DNA of 64,000 bases from Amphiura filiformis (Eukaryota): NCBI RefSeq assembly GCF_039555335.1, contig NC_092633.1, positions 21,100,334-21,164,333 of the forward strand, given 5' to 3'. Shown here piece after piece: positions 24,661 to 36,995 of this stretch. The notes beneath the pieces are model-generated. The model saw only the letters and a program-made list of their open reading frames with translations, ran no database searches and was not told where the DNA came from. Position 1 is the stretch's first letter. Each line of letters begins with the position of its first letter. Position numbers and translations under genes: made by a program.

Positions 24661-24889
24661 GAGATTGGAATTAGATTAAATTTCATCTATTTTATCAACA
24701 ATATTTTCTTTGAATAATTTCCTTCAAACATTCATTTGGTACTTAAATCTTAAGTAGCCTCAATTTTGGTTAAACCAAAGACAGTAGCTCGTATATGAGA
24801 TGAAATATTTACCGTAAATATTTCAGGAAAACAATAAACTATTAAATAAAATTCGATTCGAATTATTTGTCACGGTGTACTGTGTGGAG

Positions 24890-25620
24890 ACTCTTCAGAA
24901 GAGTCGGACTAACAAGAAAAGATATGGTGTTCTCAATTGCTCGTATTCAGGCCAGTTAATAATATGGTGAATCCAGGGATTTACTAATTCGCCATATCTC
25001 GGTTTAATACAGATCATCTAACTTGTTAAATTCCAAATCGGTGGTGTGTTTTTAATGTTACTGATGCATATCACCGCTAATACCGGCCTTAATATTGTAG
25101 TTAAGAAAAAAAGAGTCCCTACATGACAGCGATCGATATCAATGCAAAATTGCATATTTTAAGAATAAAAAAACAAACTTAAATATATAAGCAACCTCTT
25201 TCCCGCTCCTTAGGTCTTCTAACATTTCCCGCAGTAAAATGTCACAATGCTTATAACATGAATTTTGCCAGAATGAAAATGCACCTAAAATAAACACAAA
25301 ATAGACTCTTGACGATAAAAGCAAACTGTGTGAAATTTGAAACATAATTACTCTGGGCTAATATCAATTTCAATCTATCTGGACATGCAGCTACGTCCAT
25401 GTCAATGTCTCGTGTAGATGACTGAATATCGTGTGGGCAGTACATAAGTTTCATTTGCTTAGTGCTGCATCGATCTAACGTTTCGTTTATGGTGTTACAA
25501 ACTGGCGTGGTTTAGTTGTGTGACTCGGCATTTGTCGCAATAAACCATGATAACAAGCATGTGCTATTGGCTTCTGGCTATGTCATCATGTCCTAGTTAC
25601 AAATAACCCATTATACAGGT
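24890..25620 (+). repeat. About 1.2-kb repeat family copy, 3' truncated at the copy2/copy3 junction
   Basis: See 9860-11020. Confidence 0.6.
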
Positions 25621-25974
25621 CTCAGTTTCAATAAATTCACCTGTTAATCAAGCCGCAAACTCGGTTATAATGCACTTTGTATTAATCTTTGGCACTACTT
25701 AAGCTACTATGATATTGAAAACTTAATTTCTTTTATGATATCTGTAGTTCATTTCGAAAGTATACATCGTGTGAAACAAACGACACTTTTGACGGTTATA
25801 AAGTAGCAATAAACTTACAAAGTTGTTTTATTATACTGACAGATAATATTGCGTATGTATTTCAAAGAGGATTTTACTTTTAAAATATATGACAGGGTAT
25901 AATGGCAGCGTATGTGTCGCTAAATTGCTACAGAGTACTGTTACGTACAAAAAAATGGACAGATACACGAACCT

Positions 25975-26050
25975 ATCTACAACCACAAGCATATAAACAT
26001 CCCACCTATCACAACTCCCCCCCCACACACACACCCCCACACACCATCAC
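25975..26050. repeat. C/A-rich low-complexity patch (copy 3)
   Basis: cccacctatcacaactccccccccacacacacacccccacacaccatcactaccacaaa. Confidence 0.7.
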
Positions 26051-26235
26051 TACCACAAATTTCAACAAATTCAACAAATGAAATAGAACATATATTTTTA
26101 CAATGTTCTCAATTTCAGTAAAATATCTTCAAGTTTAGAATAAATCTAGCAATCTAGTAAATTTTCTAAATGGCCTGCCAAAAAAATCGCTTCTCCCCTT
26201 GGTCCGCACAGCCCCTAATAAAAATACTGTTTTCC

Positions 26236-26310
26236 GTGTATTTATTATGCAAAAGCTTATAAAGTGATGCCACTTTCAGTGTAATTATGCCAATGTTTAA
26301 AGTGAACATG
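26236..26310 (+). repeat. Relic of the 49-bp satellite, about 1.5 units (copy 3)
   Basis: gtatttattatgcaaaagcttataaagtgatgccactttcagtgtaattatgccaatg, flanked by the usual array-flank homologs (26310-26560 vs 3225-3430). Confidence 0.6.
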
Positions 26311-28055
26311 TGCTGACAGGTGTTAGTAAAAATCACAACCCTTTCACCAAAAGCTGACAGTAACGTATCTAAAAAAACATAAACATTACAAACAATGCTT
26401 CATTTGGTAGCACTGTCTGCAATGACAAGGACTTTTGACATCAATTTAACGTTACGTTGCCTTAATGATTTCTCATCCGCGTATTATGGTTCTCTTTCAC
26501 TTTGACCTTGGGGAAAAAAGCTTAAACTACATGCGCTATATGAAAACCCTTTAATAATCATGATAGTGGTAATATGATTTTAAATAGCATCTTTAGTGAA
26601 ATTAAGGTGAGATGGAGTTGGTTGCCCAGCACTTGCATGTGGCGCCCAGCACTTGCCTGTTACAGTACAATGCAGTTAAGGTAGTGCCCCGTCAGGCAAC
26701 AGTCAACCACACGGTCAGAAAAAAGACGGGAACCGCCACAAACCAGATCACAGCTGTTTGCAAGAAATTTTGCACCGCGTATGTGGAAGTTCACTTTTCA
26801 AACGGCTACTTTACTTAAACAAAATTGCGACAAGAACTGTCACCCTTGCGAGGGAAAATACAGCTTCGTTAGCCATGTCACTGGGTCGTCAAGAAACAAA
26901 AATATTGAACTAACACCACAGCTGTGGTACATCACAATATAAAAGCAATGGAAAGAAAAATGCAAATGTTCGTCATTTTTCAGCACATATAATATTGGCA
27001 AAATTTTGCATATAGCCACCATTTCTTCAGCTAACTCGTCTATATCCAAGGGGTGCCCGTCATCTAGTTATTATCTATATCTATGTTATAGTACGGAACT
27101 GAAGATTGTGAAAGTGCCAGGTTTTGGCTATAAATTTACATTCCGAATCAAATTGATTATATATTTGTAATGTTTTTATTTAAAATGACTCTTGTGCCGA
27201 GAATAATCATTTTGATACGCAACGTCAGGCTTTTTGAATCTCAATCTCGCTTTAAAGGAAGTTATGTAAGGCTATCAGTTTCTGTTCACTTCAAAACTTA
27301 TTCGCTGTTTAAAGGGGACATTCAGACATTCCACAGATTACGTTTTTATTCCACTTTTAATACGCACTTATGTAAACCTAATATGAATTACTAACCCCTA
27401 TAATGAATAAGCTAGACACTGCGCTTTCATGTCAAGAAAGGCAATCTAAAATTGTATTGGCAGTCATAAGAAATTACGTGTAAATCAATTGGAATGCGAC
27501 GTGATCTTTCAGTTTTATTCATATTTTGTCGACAACTTCAGAACATTTTACAAATATATCTTTTTATATTTTGGGTCCTAGCTGGATCATGTGACCCATC
27601 CTACAACCCGTAACATGTAACGATTGGACTTTTTGTTTGATATTCAAACATAACTGCAAATCACAAATATTATATATATAAGCTTTAAAATATCACCAAA
27701 TATATGTAATTTTTTGCAGATATGCTACCGTGACAATTTGCCAAAAGTTCTTTATGTGTTCTAATGTAAGAGCAATTTGAGGAATAAACCAATATTTTTC
27801 TACAGTTACTCATTCCTGAACAGGGATTAACAAAAGTCAAGATTTAATTGTGCGCTTAGTATTACACAAGTATGACTCTAGAAATTGAAATGAAACTATT
27901 TGATCTTTTCAATGTATCATCTTTATATTATATTGGCCTTCATCACACTTTAAAGTGGGAACTCGGAGTTCTAGGTAAGAAATAAGTGAGTTATAACCGA
28001 ATCCTTAATTTGGAAATATAGAATGCAAGTAACTATCTCAAATAGTACAAATATG

Positions 28056-28640
28056 TGACCGTCCACGGCGAATGAGCCGTAAATTCCTCCCCGGTCAATT
28101 TTGTTTTATTTCGTGTTTAAAAATAAACATCATAAACTTAAAAATGGTATATCATTTGACTTCAAACGATATCCAGAAGCGGGGTTATGGTTTGATAAAC
28201 TTTGCTCCTTCAACAAAATTATAGCTTTTACGTTTTTACAAGTGTCTCTTTTTCCACATTGCTGGCAATAAATATCAAACAGTCATAATTGGCGGTCATT
28301 TCAAATCATCCCCAAGTCAACGAGGTTTAAGAAGGTTCTCTCATTGTTAATTGTTGGTTATGCATACCTATACAAAATACAATGCCTGGTAACCCACCAC
28401 TTGAAAAGGATTTAGCAAAAGCAAACAAAGACCAGAGCTATTAAAAGTTCTATAGCCATCTAAGGGAGAAGCTTATTATCCACTTCAATAATAGGATTAT
28501 TGATTGGTGTTGTGACTATCGAAATAAGACAGATGTCGCGCCAGCATAAGTGACCGATGAATACGACCTTCGTACACATTTTACACCATAACTCAGAATA
28601 CAATTTAGGGAATTTACGGCTCGTTTGTGCTGCCGGGTCA
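28056..28640. mobile_element. TIR element (~585 bp) private to macro-repeat copy 3, with an apparent 5-bp TSD (ATATG)
   Basis: Ends tgaccgtccacggcgaatgagccgtaaattcc and ggaatttacggctcgtttgtgctgccgggtca form an imperfect ~32-bp TIR. ATATG at 28051-55 and 28642-46. Paralogous empty sites ~7790 and ~18710 read ...caaatatgacgaaaaatg... Confidence 0.45.
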
Positions 28641-29512
28641 CATATGAAGAAAGCAAGAACATTTCAGTTGATGTCATTGTGTTTTGACGCTCATTCATAA
28701 AGTCATAGTTGATAAGGCGGAAGTTGCACCTGTTCGTTGCAAATTCCGCGTAGAATTGTGTACAATAAACCCTTTGTTATTATACACATATCAAAGAAGT
28801 GAATTCTTTACAACCTGACCATTGCTTTTGACGAGGACTTCATTCGAAATGCTCCAGGCTGGAGAAAAATAATATATCGCTGTATTAATGCAGACATGTT
28901 GTAGAATAAGGAATATGGTAAAATCTCTAGTACGATCATTTTCCACAAAGGTATAAGAAAAGGACAGGGGGCAAGAAAGGTGGTCAAAGGACACGTAGAC
29001 GATACATGAAAAATACAAAAAGATACAAGCAGGAAAGTATTTCTGACACGGATTCAGAAATATAGACGAATATATCTGGCTATGTTTATTATGTAATAGT
29101 CAATGAAATGGTAGTGGCAATGCAGAACGGTGAATATTGTAATGGCGTTTCCCTTTAATCTGTATTAAAGAGGGTTATCCCATTATTTAAAAAGTGGTAA
29201 TTTCCAGATATTTTGAAAACCTGACACTGTACAGGATATTTGATAGTCATAAATATCATAATAACTATTAATTTCGCTCGTAGTGGAATGTGTCATGTAC
29301 TGGAAAAACATCATTCGCCGTTTACCATGTTAACAACCATGTTATCAATCCCTCCCTAAACATGCTAAATAATGTGTATCCAAACATTGATGATTTGCGT
29401 TAAATAGAAATATCCTTAAATGATTTCCATATTATATTTATTTATTGACCAATTTGGTTTTGCCGTAGGATAGGATATGTCATTTTGGGTGTAATAACCT
29501 TAATCTGTTTTA

Positions 29513-30010
29513 TTGGTCATGTTGGTGAAAGACTTCAAATATCTTGGAGTATGGATGGCTAGCACAGCGCATGATGTCATAACACATAAGGTGGTAGCTT
29601 GGAGAGCATGTTACAACCTATGCAAGATCTGGAAGGCTGCTCAACCATCAAAAGAAAAACTGCGGGTCTCCAGTGCAACAATTAAATCTGTGTTAGAATA
29701 TGGGTGTGAAGCCTGGCCCATGACTCATAAATTATCTGAAGAGCTGGATGGCTCATACACCCGAAAGCTTAGGACGGATAGTGTACAATAACCACTGGAA
29801 ACAGCACATAAGTAACAAAGAATTACGGAGACCTTCCAAGACTCTCAGAAAAAGATCAGAGAAAGAAGGACACACTTCGTTGGATACTGCTTCAGGAGTA
29901 AAGATGAAAATCTCGTCAATTGGAGGCACATGGAGCCAGAAACCCTGGGGACTGCGATGCAGGACAGGATAATATGGAGAACTATCGTGGTTCGGGAAAA
30001 CCACTCGAAA
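29513..30010 (+). pseudogene. Decayed CR1/L2-type LINE ORF2 C-terminal region
   Basis: The 92-aa ORF MVMLVKDFKYLGVWMAS...KIWKAAQPSKEKLRVSSATIKSVLEYGCEAWPMT follows the conserved post-RT pattern FKYLG...W.S..L....K.R.....V.S.LLYG.E.W. It is followed by a ...NW..ME.E....DR..WR..V-type tail. Confidence 0.55.
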
Positions 30011-30109
30011 TAAGCAAGTAAGCAAGTTATTGCTAAGTGACTCTTCAAAATTGAAGTCAAAATAACAAATTGACTAGAGATTAGTTCTCAATCAATTTGT
30101 TATACAGAT

Positions 30110-30640
30110 ATTTTCTGCTGGTGATAATGGCATGTTGTCGTAAATTATTTTAGCACATTATTGTAAAAAAAATATGTTTCCACGATTGTTTTATTGATGT
30201 TACAATAGATAACATTTCCTCCCCTGTATTCCAGATCGAGTTTCTTTTAATAATGACTAGAAACCAGTGACCTCTTGAGCTTATTCTTCCGAGTTTAAGT
30301 AATGGAAGAGGCTTTGATGTTTTAATAGCTTACACCTTTGGCTTGAATCAATCACTTTTGAAAACAAACGCTACTCTGTTTCAATTTGGTACTATATTTA
30401 TACATATCAAGGTGTTAAAACCCTTCTTAAATAACACTTATGTCACATTGACCTTATCGTTATAGTCTCATCAAGTACTAAGTGAGTGCATGGGTGTATT
30501 GAGTTTAAATGTTTTCGGCGGACAAGATGATCAGTATTCAGAGTTTAGTTTATATGTCGATAATTACGTACATGTTATACTTAACAAAACCTTGCTTTCT
30601 TCTGTAAAATACCAGTTATCATGATTTCCACACCTTAGGG
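30110..30640 (+). repeat. About 570-bp dispersed repeat (copy 3 of 3)
   Basis: See 8590-9160. Confidence 0.6.
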
Positions 30641-30873
30641 TGTCTGAGGTATCTCAATACAAATACTACCGAATCATTTTCTGAACACGAGTTACAAAAT
30701 ATGATACGCCTATATATGCGTTACTTATTCAGTTGTTCATTGGACTGTCGTTCTTCAATGGAATCTGTCTAGCAAGTTTGGAACGGGTGTTACTAAAACG
30801 AAGACAGGAGACCGAAGACGTTTAGCGAAGGTCTGCAATTCTCTATTTTAAGCCCACGGTTGAATAAAACATA

Positions 30874-31466
30874 CGAGGGGTATCAAAAAGTTTTAGAAAT
30901 CGCACAGAAGTGAAAGAGCTATATCAATGAAATTTTGTCAGTGCAATCACTGGTCCTTATGTACACTATGGTGCAAAAATGGTCTCATAAGTATGTTTAC
31001 TTTTTTTACAGGAGCTAGATGTCACTACCTGCCTATGTAACCGCATAACCAGCAAAATGGAGAAAATTGAGCCATGCAGCATGATTAAGTTCCATTTTAA
31101 GGGTTACAGTGCCCAGAAAATCTGTGATGAAATAAAAATTCCTTTTCCAAAAAGTGACAGTGACATATCACAATCACCACCGAAGATAACTTTCATTTCA
31201 TCATCAATTTTCTAGGCACAGCAACCCTTCAAAAGCTGGATCTTAATAATGCTGCTTGCCTCAATTTTCTCAATCTTGCAGTTTATGCGCAGTAATTGGG
31301 GCAGCGGGTTATTGGCATCTAGTGCCACCTGTAAAAAAAGCAAACATACCTATGAGACCATTTTTGGACCATAATGTACATAAGAACCAGTGATTGCACT
31401 GACAAAATTTCATTAATATAGCTCTTTCACTTCTGTGCGATTTCTAAAACTTTTGATACCCCCTCG
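30874..31466. mobile_element. TA-flanked MITE (593 bp) with ~125-bp TIRs, likely Tc1/mariner-mobilised
   Basis: 30874-30990 is the reverse complement of 31340-31466 (cgaggggtatcaaaaagttttagaaatcgcacagaagtgaaagagctatat...). TA dinucleotides at 30872-73 and 31467-68. Confidence 0.7.
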
Positions 31467-33272
31467 TACGCACCCTATGTTGTTTTAAAAATAATAGTAT
31501 CCAAATTTATTTGGTATCTTTTACTTCATGAATATATAGACTTCTGAATTCTTATGATTAGAGAAGTAGACTAAGTTTGGTGTGATTTCAACATTTTTGA
31601 ATATTATTTGACCCCTGTATACACTTCGATGACCTACTCCCGTCATCATGCAAAGAAATTTTCGCTCTTAAACCAAATTTGTTAGCCATGTCAAATGCTT
31701 CATCTGTCAATTTCTGTGTTTTTCCGGTAAAATGAACACTGCTTTCAACATTCTGCAGGTATAAAAATGGTAATATTGGCTAAAGGTTTCAAGTAAACTA
31801 CACTAAGTTCAATTTGCTAAACAAGTTGGTTGACACATTAATGGTTGGATATGGATCTCTTACACAAAATTAACCAAGTAGAGACAAACCTCTTCAGAAG
31901 CAACGGGCCTACCAGAAAAGACGTGATGTTCTCAATTACTTCGCTATATGAAGAGCTTTGTTTTAAAAACCCTTGCATCCACTTTTGGCTGAAATTGAGT
32001 TATTGACATGACATATAGTGTGGGTAAAAATACACATTTTGTGTCATACCACTTTCCCTTCCGGAGATATGGTATATTTCCCGTTTGGGAAATCTTAGGG
32101 AATTTCCGGAAATCTGAACATAAAATGAATATAAAATTGTTTTGTTTTAATTTTTTGATGTATACTAGTAGCATGGAATGTTCTTTACCTATTAAAACCA
32201 AAGGGAATTGTTTTTGGGTCACTATTTTTGAAAAAATCATTTTAATCAACAAAAGGTGTAGCTTCGGAAATACTCAAAAAAGTAAATAAAAAAGTAAATG
32301 AGATATTTCAATTTTTCTTTTTGATTTTGAAAGCATTAGTCAAGTTACATAAAGTAGTGCAAACAAATGGGCTCAAATATGATTGCAAAGGTGGTTTCTA
32401 GAAAAGGGGTAAATTTGTTTTGTTGCAAAAGCCCTTACATCCACAAAAGGCGCGATATAAAAGATATAATAAAATAAATAGGAAGGCTTCAAAATTGTAC
32501 CAAACCTATTCTTTTAGTTTCTATTCATCAACACTTTATCCAAACCCAAATTGAATCAAATCGAACCAGTAATATTTGCACAATTTAAAAAAGCTGTTTT
32601 TCTCAAAAAGTCAAAAGTGGATGTAAGGGGTTTTGCAACAAAGCTCTTCATATATCGGTTTAATGCAGCAATGACGCCCAGATCATCTAGTTTGTTAACT
32701 TCAAAAACGTTAACTTCAAATTTTCTAGACATATCAAGCGCTTCATCTGAGCCCATTTCTATGCTTTTTCGGCAACAGAACACTGCTTTCACCATTCTGC
32801 AGCACCAATCGTGCAAGCTAAAATAAGGAAACTAATGTTATAGATTATGTAATTTGCAGTATCAAACTTCATCCAGTTTATCAACAATATTTTCTTTGGA
32901 TAATTTCATTCAAACATTTATTCGATATAAATTTTATAGATTTTGAGCAGTTACAATTTTGGTTAACCAAATTGATAAGCTAATATACTCGTATGAGATG
33001 AAATATTATTGTAAATATTTCAAGAAAACATAAACAATAAACTATTCATTAAATTGTAAACGTCATTCAGAGCAGGATATGGTAATCTATCGGAGATAAC
33101 GAGTTTTATATCATAATACTAAAAAGTAAGACTTTTCGTGTATAAAGCACCAACATCGTCTGCCACTCGAGGAAAATAGCAAGTTCTTGAATATTTAGAA
33201 TGTTATATTTAAATAAGCAATTCAATTTAATGATATAAATCAATTACTGGCGATGCATGCATGTGACTTTTT

Positions 33273-33470
33273 TAGTGACGTTTCACCACTACACTAGTTG
33301 TTTCATCAGACTTGCAACTCATCACATCTAAGTGCTTCCTTTTCTTAACAACATCTTTGACCAACTCATAACGCCCTCAACGGTTCCTGTTGCCTATAAA
33401 AGGAAGCAGTCAGATGTGATGAGTTGCCAGTCTGAAGAAACCACTAGTGTAGTGGTGAGACGTCACTAAA
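33273..33470. repeat. Hairpin element with ~70-bp stem and ~60-bp loop
   Basis: tttagtgacgtttcaccactacactagttgtttcatcagacttgcaactcatcacatctaagtgcttcc is the reverse complement of 33400-33470. It is absent from the paralogous repeat copy at ~34450-34500. Confidence 0.6.
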
Positions 33471-34824
33471 AATTTAAGTAGTTCAACATAATTTTTCACT
33501 TGAATTGTTCAAAACGAACCATATTTACAGATGTGGCTGACATTTTTGTACAAAATTACAGCTAATTTCAATCGTTGTTCACAAACTACTTTATGATTCC
33601 ATTGATCATCTGCTGGCCAATCAAATACGCTGAAACTATTACATCAGGTCACGTTTTTATTTTCTCTGAACTCAATAAACTCAATACCTAAAGCACTTGC
33701 ATAAACGGCTATTAATCTGTCATTTACGCCACTCAAACTCTTTTAGATTGGGAACCAATTTAGGTCATTGGCTAATTTCAAGTAAACTACATTAAGATCA
33801 ATTTTCTAAACAAGTTAGTTGACACACTAATCTATAGTTGACACTCAGAATAATTGGATATGGATCTCTTACACCGAATTATTAGTCAAATTCTGTGTCA
33901 CAGTGTACTGAGTAAAGACAAGCCTCTTCAGAAGCGTCGGACCTACCAGAAACAACATGGTGTTCTCAATAACACTTGTTTAGACTGGTTTATATTGTTA
34001 AGTCATAGATTTATTAATTCGCCATATCTCGGTCACTAGTCGTGCAAGCTAAAATAAGGTAACTAATGTTAGAGATTGTGGAATTATATTTGCATTATTA
34101 AATTTCATCCATTTTATCAACAATATTTTCTTTGGATAATTTCATTCAAACATTTATTCGATATAATTTTTACAGATTTTGAGCAGTTTCAATTTTGGTT
34201 AACCAAACACATATTGATAAGCTTTTATATGAGATGAAATATTTACCGTAAATATTATCAGGAAAACAAAAGCAATAAACTATTCATTAAATTCGTAAAC
34301 GTCGTTAAGAGCAGGATGCGGTAAACTATCGGATATAACGACTTTTAGATTATAATACTCAAACGTAAGTCTTCTCATGTTTAAAGCACCAATATCGTCT
34401 GCCATTTGAGAAAAAAATCAAATTCTTGAATATTTAGAATGTTATATTTAAATAAGCAGGTCAATAATATAACTCAATTACTTTTTGTACAAGATTACAG
34501 CTTCGTCTATTGCTTGGTAAAAATGACAATTTTTATTTTATCCAAGAGATATAGATTTCTTCAATCGACGTTCGCCAGCTACTTTATGTTTCCATTAACC
34601 ATCTGCTAGCCAATAAAATACGATTAAACCATTGTAAACTATTACATCAGGTCAAACACTTGCGTAAACGCCTAATAATCTGTCATTTGCGCCACTGAGA
34701 CTCTATTAAATGGGGAACAAATTCAGGTCATCAATATTGGCTTAAAGTTTCAAGTAAACTACACTAAGATCAATTTTGTAAACAAGTTAGTTCACACATT
34801 AATATATGGTTGACACTCAACACT

Positions 34825-35074
34825 CTAAGAAATAAAGGTTCTTAAAAGGTTCTAAAGTTGTCCTCTAAGGCGAACCCGTAGCGGTTCTCTAAAGAACCAA
34901 AAATGGTTCTAAAAACCATAGAAAATGGTCCCAAAAAGTAATACAGGGCCGTTTTCGGTTCTTTTAAGAACCTTCAAGGGTTTTCCATAATTAAAGAACT
35001 TTTTTAGAGGTTCCAGATGGAGGATTCTCGTGAGAGGACAAAAAAAGGTTCTATTTGGAACTTTTATTTCTTAG
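34825..35074. mobile_element. MITE (~250 bp) built from ggttct/agaacc sub-repeats with a 17-bp imperfect TIR
   Basis: ctaagaaataaaggttc at 34825-41 against ggaacttttatttcttag at 35057-74. The empty paralogous site is at ~33845 (gttgacactcagaataattgg). The same sub-repeats fill the foldback element 4191-6001, and a partial copy lies at 59020-59110. Confidence 0.5.
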
Positions 35075-35119
35075 AATGAAGATAATTGCATCTTTTGCAC
35101 CGAATTAACCGAATTCTAT

Positions 35120-36545
35120 GTAGAGACAACCCTCTTCAGAAGTGTCCGCATCAGACCTACCAGAAAAGACGTGGTGTTCTCAATTTACTTGTTCAGACTG
35201 GTTAAATAGATTGACTAATTCGCTATATCCCGATTTAATACAGCAGTGACACCCAGATCATCTAATTTGTTAACTTCAAAAACAGTGGTGTGTTTTTAAT
35301 GTTACTGATGCAAGTCACCGCTAATATAGGCTTTAAAGTTATGGTATCATAGTTAAGAAGATAAAATCAAGACAGCGGGTCTTTACAGGACAATAAACGA
35401 TAAAATGTAACATATTTTTAGAGTAACATAATCAACTGAAACATAAGGAACCTCTTGTAAATTGTCACAATCAAAATGAATTACGGCTACAATGGAAAGG
35501 CACTTAAAAGCAGTTGATACTTGAAAAATAGACTTCTGACGATAAATACTAAACTGCATGAAATTTTAAATGTAATTGCCCGGAGTAATATCAATTTAAA
35601 TATCTATATATGGACGTGAAGCTTCGTCCAGACCAAGGTCTCGTGTGGATGGCTGAATAACGTGTGGGCAGTGCATAAAGCTTCAATTGCTTTGAGCCGC
35701 TTTGACTTAACATCGATTTCGTTTATGGTGTTACAAAGTGGCGTGGTTTGGTTGTGTGACTCGGCATTTGGAGCAATAACAAGCATGTGCTATTGGCTTC
35801 TGGCTATGTCATCATGTCCTAGTTACAAATAACCAATTATACAGGCCTCAGGATGTCAACAGACTACTCAATAGCAATATTACCATTCTCCAACATTGAA
35901 TACCTTTTTACATGGCTCATCAATACTGAATATATAAGCTGAACAAACACCTACACGAACTTATTTTCAATGTTACAAAATCGATTCTACTTGTTGTTAC
36001 GCTTTATAGAAGACTCCATGACCAAAGGGTCCGAGGTACCCCTCTGGAAAACCACTTTCCCAGTTGCGTATGCTTATGAACGGGTGCAGATTCATATGAC
36101 AAAACATCAACGAACATTCTTAACATCAAGCTTTTTGGCCGATGGCTTCCTCATTATGACGATTGGTATCATTTGCTTTTCCCACATGATGTTGTTCTTA
36201 CATCTGCAGGTTGCTTGGTTCTAATAAAAATGATCATCTAATTTGTTAACTTCAAAATCACAGGTATGTTACCACTAAATATAGGCTTTAAAGTTTTTAA
36301 GCAGAACAAGACAGCTGGGTCCCTGCAAGACAGCGATCGATAACAATGTAACACATAATTTTATAATAACAAAATCAACTGAAATATAATTAACTTCTTT
36401 TCAGCTCTTGAGGTCTTCCAGCAGTAACTGTTAAAAGGCTTATAACAATGAATTTAGCTAGAATAAAAATGCACTTAAAAGCAAAGAAATAAAGACCCTG
36501 TTGAAACTTGAAAAATAGACTTTTGACGATAAATGTAAACTGTAT
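35120..36545 (+). repeat. About 1.2-kb repeat family copy, split by the L2 insertion (left part)
   Basis: Homology to 9860-10290 ends exactly at 36545 (aaactgtat) and resumes at 41051 (cgtatgaaattttaaac). Confidence 0.65.
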
Positions 36546-36995
36546 AATAATAATAATACAATAATACATGGGATTTATAAAGCGCCCTACGATGTAAAAA
36601 CAGCCTCAAGGCGCTGCACAGAATCTTAAAAACTACATACACTAATACAATATCAACTAGGGCCTACATGCTAAAACAAAATAGTATACATGAAAAATAA
36701 GCATGATAAACTCATTATACACACCATAATATACTAAAACATAAAATAATGTACAAGTTACACAATCAATAAAATACCGTAAGCTTGACCAGCAAACTAC
36801 TGGTATATAAAATTAGTCTACACTCTGAAGACACAAGTTTAAAAAGTAGCAAAATGAATAAGATTAAAAACGCTTTAAAAAGGCAGTATTTGCACAAACC
36901 ACATGCCATCTTATTTCACACTTCTAAAAACAATATAATTCAGAACCTTGCAGAAATGAAATTGCACAACTGAAATGAGATGACGATCATATTGT

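Larger units (their letters stand above)
12299..25620 (+). repeat. Macro-repeat copy 2, about 13.3 kb, expanded by private LINE and MITE insertions and satellite growth
   Basis: Same landmark order as copy 1. Private insertions are 14659-15237, 17727-18270, 18884-22688 and 23222-23885. At 25620 the sequence jumps directly to the homolog of copy-1 position ~1375, which is where copy 3 starts. Confidence 0.6.
25621..30640 (+). repeat. Macro-repeat copy 3 (partial, with the satellite collapsed), continuing as a mosaic of sub-blocks to ~41760
   Basis: 25621-26600 is homologous to copy-1 1375-3430, with the 49-bp array reduced to about 1.5 units. 27330-27860 matches 6030-7560, 28540-29140 matches 7790-8340 and 30110-30640 matches 8590-9160. 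Confidence 0.5.

Noticed and set aside
26600-26900. GC-richer unique stretch in macro-repeat copy 3 with short ORFs on both strands
   Set aside because: It has no homolog motifs, ORFs under 70 aa and no splice signals. It may simply be the only unique sequence between repeats.
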